A DNA stretch of 64,000 nt, taken from NCBI RefSeq assembly GCF_018350175.1, contig NC_058368.1:213530001-213594000 (forward strand), in the 5' to 3' direction. The position numbers and the translations under genes are program-made. Source of the DNA: Felis catus. Lineage: Eukaryota. Numbering within the stretch: position 1 is the first letter of the stretch; each line of letters opens with the position of its first letter. Shown here piece by piece: positions 37,763-49,600 of this stretch. Under the pieces are notes generated by a model that ran no database searches, was not told the origin of the DNA, and worked only from the letters and a program-made list of their open reading frames with translations.

Positions 37763-38989
37763 CTTCCTCCAGTTTCTTTCTTATGTTTTAGCATAATGTC
37801 TCAATTTTGTACTTTAAGTACATTCCATCTAATCCTTTAGGAATTGGGTAAAATTCATCATGCTAAAGAGTGTAAGCAAATTCTATCTCAATAAACTTAA
37901 TAAAGAAGAATACTCTTGCAAGCCAAACTGTCTTCTGATACCATCTTCCATCCATCAATAGCTATTAGTAACTTATTTACTTCTGTAGGGGAAGGATCCA
38001 CCTAATGGACGATGTAAGATACTGGGTCTTGCTGATTTGTGCTCTTCGTTTGCAGCACCTGAAACTCACCTCCTCAGTCCTTCCACAAAGCAATGTGGAA
38101 GTTCTCTCAAGTGAATCAGGTTAACTGTATTAGATGCTGGTGCCAGGATGGTGGTCTCAGGCTCCTGGGTTAGAATCTGATCCCACGGGATACTTTAAAT
38201 GAGTACCACATAGCTTCAATCCAAATCTATGGGTTTTCATCGACAGTCAACTTAGTCTTATAACAGACCAACTAAAGGCATTTCAATATTGGCATTTTCA
38301 ATATTGGCATTAAGAGAAGTACACTGTCTGCATCAAAAGGTGATAATCCTTTTCTAGATAAGACTACACATAGAGAGTTTGATTCAGTTTAGGCATTAAC
38401 ACTTAAAAAGGACAATCCTGTCTTATGAGGAGCAGCTGAAGGGACTAAGGATACTTATCCTGCAGAGGATAATGCAGAGGCGGGGGTGGGGGTGTATGAG
38501 GGATAGAATGGTTTTATATACAAATATCTGAATGGCTATATGAAAAAAGGGATAAACCACTTCAAGGTGACACGGGTTACAGGATTAGGACCCATGAGAA
38601 AAAGATAAAGGATATTTGGCTTTATAATCCCATGATGGAGTGGCTGCCGTCGGAGGCAGGGAAGCTGCAGGTAGGGTTTTGGATTTGGTGGTGGGCTGGG
38701 TGGGAGGACTTCCATAAAGAGAGAGGACCAGCAGTAAGCCAATCACACTGAGCTTGGTGGTTTACCAGGTATGCCACGCCCAAGAAAAAATGGGGCATCT
38801 GGGAAAGGCAGTGAAGGAGGAGAGGAAAGGAAGGGAAAGGAAAGAATGTGGACACATGAAAGGTGATGAAGGAGGAGACAAACTCTATAGTTCGTTTTTC
38901 CTGCATTGGTCAGGGAGCTATCTGCCTGACATTTGATCAGCTTTTGGATTTGGAGACGCTTCCATTACATGAGGGGTGGCGGGGACGGG

Positions 38990-39355
38990 ACATTAATTAT
39001 CTGTCCCCATACCCAGGAACCAGTCCACAGGCACATGACTTACATTTGGCCCCCAGGAGGCTCTTGCTTGGCACTCTGGATCATAAGGACGTGATAGGAC
39101 ACAGGGACAGATAAAGGCTAGTCACGGGAGTCCAGTAACCATGGTGGTGGCAGTGGTGGTGTCCTAAGCAGACTGTTCCTGTGCCATGACCTTGGGTGTG
39201 TTCTTGGACACTTGGTTCTTGCCCATTCTCTTGAGCCCAGACCTCAACACTTCTGTTGGCTTCTGTAAGCTACCCAACATTCTGTCACTAAATTTCTTTT
39301 CTACCTAAATAAGCCAGACTTGGTTTCTATTACTTGTAACTTCAAAACTCTGATA
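38990..39355 (+). mobile_element. ERVL LTR remnant (LTR33-like)
   Basis: 3' end 'taaatttcttttctacctaaataagccagacttggtttctattacttgtaac'. Confidence 0.55.
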
Positions 39356-39932
39356 GGATCACATAAATTGGGGAAGGGGGTACTTAAGAGGTATTTTACA
39401 TTATCCTTATATCATATATGAGGATGAAATTCTTTAAAAGCTACATGGCCCCTAATACTGGTTGCACTGGAGAGCTTAAAAATAATTAGGATCTCTACCT
39501 TTACCACTACCCCTAATTATTTCCAAGGTTCTGAAATACTAAATCAGGGCTGGGGGGTGGTAGAGCAGAAGCCATCACATTTCCCCCCCTAAAGTTTTGT
39601 AGGTAATTCGAATGCAGATTCTCAGAAGTCTGGCATTTGGGTTTCTAAGCAAATAAGAGTGATATGAACCATTAAATAATTTATCTGGTTGTCTAAAGTA
39701 TTTTCAATCTCCTTTGTCTCAGGCCAAATCTGATCAACCTACACGTGTCTACAGGGTGAATCTCATCTCCCAGTCTTCTTATTAGCACATAACTTCTCCC
39801 CCAAACCCACAAAACCCTGTGCCCCCCCTCCGCCAAACTTTACTCTTTCACTCCTGGGAAGGCACTTCCATTCTCTCTGCCTGTATAGATCCTACTTATG
39901 CATCAAGGTCAATTTAAGAATGGCTTCTCTCA

Positions 39933-40052
39933 GGGCACCTGGGTGGCTCAGTTGGTTGAGCATCTGACTCTTGATTTCGGCTCAGGTCATGGTTTGTGGG
40001 TTTGAGCCCTGCATGGGGCTCTGTGCTGCCAGTGCAGAGCCTACCTGGGATT

Positions 40053-40117
<65 letters not shown>

Positions 40118-40208
40118 TCTCTCTCCCTCCCTCCCTCTGTGTCTACCCCTCCCCCATTTTCTCTCTCTCTCCCTCTCTGTCAAAATAAATAAACTTAAAA
40201 AAAAAAAA
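39933..40208 (+). mobile_element. Feline CAN-SINE with an expanded (CT)n tract
   Basis: Head 'gggcacctgggtggctcagttggttgag', pure (CT)n at about 40058-40113. TSD agaatggcttctctca / agaatgccttctttca. Confidence 0.95.
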
Positions 40209-41089
40209 GAGAGAGAAAGAGAATGCCTTCTTTCACAAACTCTTTCCTTTCCATTCCAACCTAGGATTTTTCATAAAGTTAAATTTCAGAGCTGGAAGCA
40301 TCCTCTAGTAAGCACATGCCATCCATGTCATGTCATTAGTTCACATACTCCTTTCATTAGAATTAATTTCTTTCAAATAATTTTATTTCAATTTTCATTG
40401 TCTTTATACTTTATGTCTCCAAGTCCATAAGTTTCCCTTCAGCAACTCTAGAGAGACATAGTTGGTGCTTAATATCACTAAGGTTAACTTACCACACACT
40501 GAGTTCCCTCATTCTCAAGCAGTGTTATTTCTTGGGAAGAAAAGTAAAGCTTAATCCATTCTAGAGATCTCTCTCTGTTGGAACCATTGCAGACATTTTT
40601 ACAGATACTAAAATCTGTCTGGTTCTTAATCTAGTCTGGAACACAAGGTCAAAAACCCTGCCATTCTCAAAATGACAAATCCTGAAGCATTTTCACTACC
40701 CAGAGCAGCAGGAGAGGCAGGAAAGACAATCCCTGCCTTTGAGCAGACAGAAAAACATCCTGTGACTTACATGTACCAACTTGTTCACCCAAACAATTCC
40801 TGGCACTGAAAAGTGGCCACTGAAGGGCAGAGGGTGTGAAATGATTTTCTAATGGGCCATTAGAGCTACTTTAGTCAGGGAATTTAGAAGTGATATATTT
40901 CTATGGGAATCCCGACTCCCCCCATCTCTACCCTACCCCTGCTGCCCAAAGTAAGCCTTTCATTGTGTTATGATAGAATAAAGTATTTCTTCTACCCATA
41001 GTGATTCTATTTGGAGCCACTCAGCAGAAAGGTAAAGTCTTTGAGGGTAATAATATTGGTGATGAAGAGACCACCTTCAGATTATATAA

Positions 41090-41240
41090 TGCTTTGTGCT
41101 TTTTCTCCCAAAGCCCTTCCATACACTGTTTTATTTGATTTGCCCAATAAGTTTGTACAGGAGAAAGTGCAAACAGAATTATGCTCATCTTACAGATGGA
41201 GAAGTTGAGGCATTGGAGGTTGAAGTGATCTAGTGAAGAG
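41090..41240 (-). mobile_element. MIR remnant
   Basis: 'catcttacagatggagaagttgaggca' is a reverse MIR core. Confidence 0.5.
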
Positions 41241-42524
41241 GTGGGGCCCCCTGGGCATTCTGGGGGCCTCAATCTGTCAGCTGTGGAAGCAGCAGGATGG
41301 CTGACGTCACGGACATTTTCGTGCCAGAGCTTCGGCACTATTATTTGGGTGAAATGTGGTCTGCACTTCACACATGTGGGCATTAGATTTTTGTTGCTCT
41401 ATGAAGACACCCCAGAACTAAGGCCCCTGAGACTTAAAATAAGTGGCTCTGGTCAAGGAGCACGGAGTCTGCATTGGGCGTGGTCTACATACTTAACCTT
41501 CATGGTACCCCTCCCCCCATATTAGTCAGCCAGTTTATGCACAAAGCCTCCATGTTCTCATCCATAAAGTGAGGGCTCTGGGTCTGGAACAACAGGTCTA
41601 TAGCAGTAGTTTCAAACACAGCTGATCAGAAGAATAATCTGGGGAGACTTTTATCCGAAGAAGAAAAAAGGAGACAGCTTTGTAAGATGACACATGTTCA
41701 TCACCTACAAGATTTAAGCAAAGACAAGCAGCATACAGAAGAAATAAAAGAGATCCCCAATCCCCATTACCCACTGGTGACAGGACAGCAGTGATGCAAA
41801 AACATTCTGAAACAAGCGACCAACGTGTGAGGAATTCCTTTACTCCTTTTACAAGTACAACTCTAGACCCTCACTAAGAACGGAGATTGGGGCATGGCAA
41901 TCTGTATCTTATCAAATGCCTCTTGTGACACAGCCAGAGTCAACGGCTGGCTTTTAGGAACGAGGGCACTGATGGTAAATAGGGAGTCTTCTTCCATAGA
42001 TGGGTAATAAAGCAACACGTTTTTCATGGAGCAGTCTCCTGGTCATGAGGTGTCATCTGTGTCTCCTCAAGGCTGGGATTGCCACTCTTGAGGGTACAGG
42101 GAATTGGCCCCGGAAGTAGAAACAGTAAGAAAGAATTAAAAGAAAAACAGAGAGTAGAGATAGTAAGAGTCACCTTGTAATGGCCTTGCACTGTGTCATC
42201 CCACCTGCCACAACCACACACACATCCTTCCTCAGAGATGACCCCTATCCCAGGGGAGCAGAGGTGGTCTCAGGTAGGCAGGGCCTGGAAGTATGGAAGC
42301 TGAGGTGGGTCACTGCAGGGGACCAGGTCAGGGAGAAGGGGACATAAGGGAATCTAGTCAAGGCGAGAGCCCAAAGACTGAGAGACTATCTTGTGATTAT
42401 TCAGCCTTAGACATGAGAGAGAACATGGAATGTAGGTCCGTGGAATATTCCTTAAGACTTATTCCATATTACGTCCTCGGCTCAATTACCTCTCTCCTGG
42501 GAAGATAGGGCTAAAATGGCAGTT

Positions 42525-42750
42525 GGGGCGCCTGGGTGGCTCAGTCGGTTAAGCGTCCGACTTCGGCTCGGGTCATGATCTCACGGTCTGTGAGATCGAG
42601 CCCCGCGTCGGGCTCTGTGCTGACAGCTCAGAGCCTGGAGCCTGTTTCGGATTCTGTGTCTCCCTCTCTCTCTGCCCCTCCCCTGTTCACGCTTTGTCTC
42701 TCTCTGTTTCAAAAATAAATAAACGTTAAAAAAAATAAATTAATTGAAAA
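42525..42750 (+). mobile_element. Young feline SINEC_Fc
   Basis: CpG-rich, near-consensus 'ggggcgcctgggtggctcagtcggttaagcgtccgacttcggctc'. TSD core aaaatggcag (42513-42522 and 42751-42760). Confidence 0.97.
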
Positions 42751-43719
42751 AAAATGGCAGAAACAGATGACAAAGAAGATGGCAGTAACTGGTGACCAGA
42801 AGGATCCTTTCTTCACTAGGAGTTAATAGACTGGGTTTGGGATGCCAATCTCCTGGGAGTTTGATTAGCATAAGTCAGTCTCCAGGCAGTTGATAACCTC
42901 TGGTAGATGGACAAAATTGGATTCCCAGATCTCTGTGGCCACTCTATGAGGCCACCAGCAGGCCACATGACATAAGTTGTTTGGGCCAAGGTCTGTAGCA
43001 CCTTTAGGAGGTAGCAGGTCAGGACTGGGGTATCTGAGATTATTAAAGAAACTTGCTTGGGCTGTGGAGGTGCAGTGACTTTTTCCCCCCACCATACTCT
43101 GCCAAAGTACCTTTCCCTAATTCGCAAACATCCCTGAAAATCTTACAAAGACATACCACTTGCATCATTTAATTACACATGTAATAAATCACCCTCGGGG
43201 AAAGAGGACACAGAGCTCCTCAGGGCAGAGCATAAGGTCACCACGCACACATGGGGATCGGATGGTCGCCCTGCCCTCCCCAGGCAGTGGCAGTGTTCTT
43301 CCCAGTTCGCCTGGCACACACCAGCCCCAGAGCTCAGGAAGTGACCCCTCACGGAGCAGCAGCTGCAGCAGCTTCCCAGACAAGGCATTCCCACGACAGA
43401 GCCATTGGGGGACACCCATCTGCTACTGACCCCTTTATCTTGATGGCCTCTCCCAGGCCTGAGCCTCCACCGCATTCACTCGCCAGCCTGGCAACTATTC
43501 TGAGGCTCCAGAAGACCGAACCCAGGACCCTTGGAAGCAGGTGAAGTCTTCTTTTGAGATTCTCCCACCTTCCCTGTCCTGGGGCATCTCTTCCCACAAC
43601 CAAGTATTACAATAATTAAACTATTATCTATAATGGAGATTGATTAAAATTATTAGAAGTGAGTTTGGAAAACACAGGCCTTTATGTGAATTGCTGTGGG
43701 CTAGAGCCTGGCTACTGTA

Positions 43720-43820
43720 AATTTGTTAGAAACGCAGAAACGCCAGGCTCCACCTGGACTCACTGCACAAGAATCTGCATCTTATCCCCAGGTGACTCAC
43801 AGGTTGGAACACACCCTACG
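43720..43820. mobile_element. MER5A-like hAT remnant
   Basis: 'ttgttagaaacgcaga...aagaatctgcat...tccccaggtgactca'. Confidence 0.55.
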
Positions 43821-43877
43821 GTCCTGAGTTAGTATTTTTCTCCTGGTAAATAAAGATCTAAATGTTAAATGGTGTGA

Positions 43878-44742
43878 GTAGACATTTTTTCAGAAAACAT
43901 ATCCAGACGGTTAACAGACACATGAAAGGATGCTCAACATCACTCATCATCAGGGAAATACACATCAAAACCACGATAAGATACCACCTCACACTTGTCA
44001 GAATGGCTAACATTAACAACTCAGGCAACAACAGATGCTGGCGAGGATGCAGAGAAAGAGGATCTCTTTTGCACTGCTGGTGGGATTGCAAACTGGTGCA
44101 GCCACTCTGGAAAACAGTATGGAGGTCCCTCAAAAAGTTAAAAATAGAACTACCCAAGATCTAGCAATTGTACGACTAGGTATTTATCCAAAGGATACAA
44201 AAAGACAGCTTTGAAGGGGTACATGTACCCCAATGTTTACAGCAGCATTATCAACAATAGCCAAACTATGGAAACAGCCCAAAGCCCAAATGTCCATCAA
44301 CTCATGAATGGATAAAAAAGGTGTATACTGATACACAGACACTGGAATATTATTCAGCCATCGAAAGGAATGAAATCTTGCCATTTGCAATGACATGGAT
44401 GGAGCTAGAGTGTATTATACTCAGCAAAATAAGTCAATCAGAGAAAGACAAATACCATATGATTTCACTCATATATGGAATTTAAGAAACAAAACAGATG
44501 AACATATGGGAAGGGAGGAAAAAGGAGAGAGGGAAACAGACTATGAGACTCTGGACGATAGAGAAGAGAGGGTTGATGGAGGGAGGTGAGTGGGGGATGG
44601 GTAAATGGGTGATGAGCATTAAGGAGGGCGCTTGTGTTGAGCACTGGGTGTTATAAGTAAGTGATGAATTACTAAATTCTAATTCTGAAAACAATATTAC
44701 ACTATATGTTAACTAGAAATTAAATAAAAATTTGAAAAAAAA
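43878..44742 (+). mobile_element. 5'-truncated carnivore L1 (ORF2 C-terminus plus 3' UTR)
   Basis: ORF 43862-44164 reads ...[30 protein letters not shown]..., the L1 ORF2 Cys-rich knuckle. It is followed by a G-rich 3' UTR, AATAAA and poly-A. Confidence 0.95.
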
Positions 44743-44799
44743 ATGAAATGGTAGTCTTTAAGATAGGCAGCCTTTTTCTTTTCTCTTTTTTTCTTTTTT

Positions 44800-45130
44800 A
44801 TACCATGGACCTCTCTGGCTGTCAGGTAAAATCTCACTATTTTTAAATGCATAAAATATCTAGGATTACAAAGAAAACCAATTATGTGAAACAGAATACC
44901 CTAAATGTTTTTAAATGTATACCCTAACACATTTTATTAATACATTAAATAAGAATATCTGGCAACAAGTTTAACTGGTATATTTTCAAAGTTGTAATGT
45001 GCATAATATTGGAAGGTATCTACTACAAATAACATGCACCATTTTTACTGGTGCCAGGCATGGGGACTGCTAATACTATAGTACTTTGACCCTAAGTCAA
45101 TTATTGAAGGAGACACTAAATTCAACTACA
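44800..45130. mobile_element. hAT-Charlie DNA transposon remnant (Charlie4-like)
   Basis: 'aaatgcataaaata...taggattacaaagaaaaccaattat...actgctaatacta'. Confidence 0.55.
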
Positions 45131-46393
45131 GTTTAGTGACAACAAACATTTTATTTTCCTCCCTGCCAGGTTCATAGTCCCCCTTTATTAATAGAATCGA
45201 GGTTAAGAATAAGAGATGCTTAGGGATCTTACGCAAAAGGAGGTAAAAGTTGTGCCCCATATCTGTCTGACTGTCTGATCTTAGTTTGAGCAAAGCTGGC
45301 CAAATCACTTCCTTCTCCAATAGAGACTGCATTTGCCTTTTTGGCTTCTGTCCACTGGCTTTGATGCAAGTTCCTACCACAGAGATGAGCACTTAGATGT
45401 TTAAGAAGTACGTCTGATCAAATCCTTTAGGTTGGGGTCCCAAATATTTCTGAAACAGACATGCCAGGCTACATTCTGAATACCACTGCACAGAGTAACT
45501 AAAACAATCCCATTTTGTAGGAAGCTGCTGTCTCCATCTGCATAGGTACTTCCCTACAAATGTGGATTTAATATAAATTACTGACACTGAGTTCTGAAAC
45601 ATTCTCCCTGCTCTGCCAGAGAGCCTGGGGCAGGCTCTCTCTCTCTCTCTTGGATCGTAAGCACCTTTTCAGGGTACTTTTCTTGCCAAGAATAAGCAAC
45701 ACTTCGCACAGCCATGTCAACTGTGGTTCTCAAAATAAGATCCATTTTCAGAAAAAGCCAAAATCGATTTGTCTCTGAATTTCAAAACTGTACATCCAAG
45801 GCGTCTACACCGCTCTGCAGGCCATTTCCCCCTCATACTCACCGAAGTGCCATGAAAGCAAAATGGAACTGAACACATCAGCCTTGGGGGAATTCATCTG
45901 ACACTTGGTTTGAACTCTCACAGAAAAGTCGCTACTACACAATGAAGCATTTCTCTAACAAACACAAATCATGTGAGCATGTTCGAGCCACATGTTTACA
46001 AAAGGAAGAAAGACCTACAAACTTGAGACCCAGTCTTACATAAAGATTTCTGCTCAAAAATAGCCATGTCTCCAGGTGCAGGGGAACGCCACGAATTAGT
46101 TTCCGTTTGCAGCCCTTCTCCTGGACACACGCACACACACTAGTCACTCACACTTAGCTTTTCTTTACCTAGGTGTGCTCATCTGGAAAAGAGTGCTAAA
46201 CCTTGCATTTCAAACACCCTGCAATTACCTTTATCTAGTTCTCCACCTATCCTGGTTCAGGGGCAGGTAATCTAGGAGATGGTTATAAGAAAGAAAATAG
46301 GCTGGGAGCAGAAGAAACCTCACAGATTTGAGGGTCAATCTGTGGATAAGAGTCTATCACAGTAAATTGTATCAGAGAAAAAATGTTTTTAAA

Positions 46394-46620
46394 TTTTTTT
46401 TTTAATTTTTTTTTTTCAACGTTTATTTATTTTTGGGACAGAGAGAGACAGAGCATGAACGGGGGAGGGGCAGAGAGAGAGGGAGACACAGAATCGGAAA
46501 CAGGCTCCAGGCTCTGAGCCATCAGCCCAGAGCCCGACGCGGGGCTCGAACTCACAGACCGCGAGATCGTGACCTGGCTGAAGTCGGACGCTTAACCGAT
46601 TGCGCCACCCAGGCGCCCCC
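46394..46620 (-). mobile_element. Very young feline SINEC_Fc
   Basis: CpG-intact, ends 'gcgccacccaggcgcccc'. TSD aaatgtttttaaa on both sides. Confidence 0.97.
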
Positions 46621-49600
46621 AAATGTTTTTAAAATTTAGCACCGTATTATTCACTGTCATCGAGCCTAGAAAGGTGATTCTTTGCAAGGTTTGAGATCTT
46701 AGCTTTGAGACTGCTTTGGTTTTAGAGTAACCCAGAGGTTGCTGCTGGAGTGCATAAAGAACCCACAGTAAAAAGACGAAAGCTGACGGCAGATTCTCTC
46801 CCCACCCTGAAATCCCAACAGCAACAAATGTAATTAATTAAGCCACCAGAACACTGTAGAGATGACTCATGCTTCTCCTAGTGAAAGTTTCAAATAACTG
46901 ACTCTACTCACTTAAAGATGAAGTGTTGAATTTTTGTTACCATAAGAAACGCATTAAGAATGTCTAATTAGTTATAGACATAAGAATGTCTAATGCCTCA
47001 GCATTATGCCAACAGCAGAATTTCCACCACACAAAGTTTCATGGGGCCACTGAGACCTCCATAAAATCCTCACCCACCAAGATGCCCTTAGGTACCTTCT
47101 CAGCTGCAGCGTTCAGTTCTCCTTCAACATTCTTTGACTGACTTGAGGGAGAAACTGAAGTCAGGCAAGTTCTAGCCTGTCAAAAGGATTGTGCAAAGGA
47201 CTTAGCTTCCCAAACCCTAACTGCAGCCTTCATTTCTGCCACCTTCTCCCCTGCAGTGATTAGAGGCAATTTTCTGTTTTCCCCCTCTGGGTCTTTACTG
47301 CTCTCCTGCCAAAACTGTCTTGCATCTGCTACAATAAAATACCTGCGATGTTTTCTAAAGCCAGCAGCTTACTGCCAACAGTCAACCCTCTACCCCACAG
47401 GCAGCGGTCTGAGAACTTTAGTCAAAGTGTTGCAAGGTGAAGGCTAAGGTGGAATTTGGCTAAGGCCAAGGCATGGTTCCTTGGAGGGCAGACCCTCCTC
47501 TGGCTGATGGAACCAGCCTGCAGGAGAAAAGAACACTTTTGTTAAAGAGGCAGAAACAAGAGCAAGAGGTATGAGGATAGGGTTGTTATCCATCAAGAGT
47601 ACCATGATGAATCCAGAGAGTCATGCCATTCAAAATGAAGGTCACCTATGGTGCCTTTGAATTCCCTCCCACTTCTCCCTGGCGTGGGCACTTCCAAGTG
47701 TGTTCTTATTTGGGTGGGAAGTGAAATTGATCACTGCCGCCCCCCCCCCTTTTTTTTGGAGGGGGAGGGAGGAGAGACTGTAAGAATGTTCAAGCTTTTG
47801 TTGAAAGGGCAAGGCTTGGGAAGATATAATGTAGAAATAGAAAGCTATCTACTCTTCAAGGAAGAAATGTGCAAATGTTTTTTTGTCCCCACAGTCTGAG
47901 TCGTCACACTGAAATAGAGGCTTTTGAACTGAACTGATTCTCAAGGACCACTCTGGTTGATCCTCAGACTCACCCTATTCTGCCAATTTCCAACTTGGTT
48001 TCCATCTTTTAATTTGGGAAGAAAACTAGAGTGGAAATTAGAAAGGCAAAGAAGACAGTCCCAAGTGTCTTGCTTTAAGACACCTGATAGCCTCCAGACC
48101 TCAAAGTTACCAAAAATACAAAGTAATGCTTCTCTTTTACCAAAGGCATCACTCTCGGTCCTCCTAAGTGCCAAGTTTCTCTGGTGTATGTAAAATATAG
48201 TTATATTGCTTCTTCAGGAAGAGACCATAAAAAGGCAGGCAGATCTAGAGTCCCAGGTCAATTGCTGTCTTGACCTACTTACTGCCCAGGGACCTTGTAT
48301 CTAAGGCGAGACTGTGTGAGCTCACCCTGTGCCCGACTGAGGCCATCTGTGGAATGCAGTGTAGTGTGGGTGCATGCCCACGCACACCTAGATTTAACAA
48401 ACCACGGTCACATAATGCAAAGGGCCAATCAGCAGAATAGGACATCAGAAGATGTCTTCGTAGGGCATACTCCGCCCCCTCCTTTGCTAAGCAGAGCAGG
48501 TATCATGTGAGTGAAGAAGGATGTTACCACCTTCTTCCCTGGCCACTGAGGAAACAGCAGAGCTCCAGTCAGGACATCCAAGGTGACAGGGATGTTGTGC
48601 TATACCCCCTGACTCCCACGGCAGGCAATGTTTGAAGTTGAGAGGGTGCACTGCCTCCTGAAGTTCTTAAGAGGGACACAAAGCTATACAAAAGGGACCC
48701 CTGCCAGCCACTGAGAGGTGAAATTATTAATTCCCTTTCATGGACATCATCACAAGCTTCCCTTGCTAACTCAGAATCATAACTTCTATTTGCTTGGCCA
48801 TTTCTCTCTTCTAGATTTTATGTACTTTTGTACACATAGGCAAACATTTAGGTTGGTCGTTTATCCCATTCACCATCAGGGAAAAGCTGATGAACAGAAG
48901 TCAGATTCGAGTCCTGTTCAGATAGCCAAAGGGAGGGGGGGCAGATACTCCAGCTATGAGCTGACACACTTGCCCTCCCAATAGTCTATAAATGAGTTGG
49001 CTGATGAAGGGCTGCTTGTGGCTTATCCTCCAGTTTAGCTCATGATCATATTTTGACTGCTTGGCTGCCTCTGTCTCTTTATAAGCCAACTTGGTCGCGT
49101 GGCTCAGAACCGAAAAGGTCCCTCATGCTACTTTGAGACACCAGGTAGTTCGAGAGCTCTTAGATACACACGGCCAACCCATGCAGAGGAAGAGGTTACT
49201 CACCCTCTAACCATGGCCTTCTGGGAACCCAAAGCTGACCCTTCACCCCAGAGCCTGTGCTCCATTAAATCTGGCCACCGAGCACCACACCCTCTTGGGC
49301 AAGCTTCATAAATCGCCTCACGTGCTGTGATTCCTAACTGCTCCTTGCTTGGAGAGTCCAGGCCTCAGCGTGCTCTGCTTCTGGTTGGGTTTCAGCACTT
49401 ACGCAAATCAGGTTTCTGACTATGTCTGAAATTCCAGTGCATACAGGAATAGCAGGTTGCTTAATCTCTAAATTCAGAGCCAAACTCTTTTCTAAATACA
49501 GACAAAGGTGCTGCCTGGATCACATGGTAGATTAAAGGACCCACCCTTGCCAGTTCTGACAGGCCGACTTGTCAAGTACTTTGCCGCCATCTTGTTTTCC

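Noticed and set aside
39914..40430. ER-rich and SL-rich ORFs
   Set aside because: They are translations of the SINE (CT)n tract.
43862..44164. Functional zinc-knuckle protein gene
   Set aside because: It is a 5'-truncated L1 ORF2 remnant with a premature stop.
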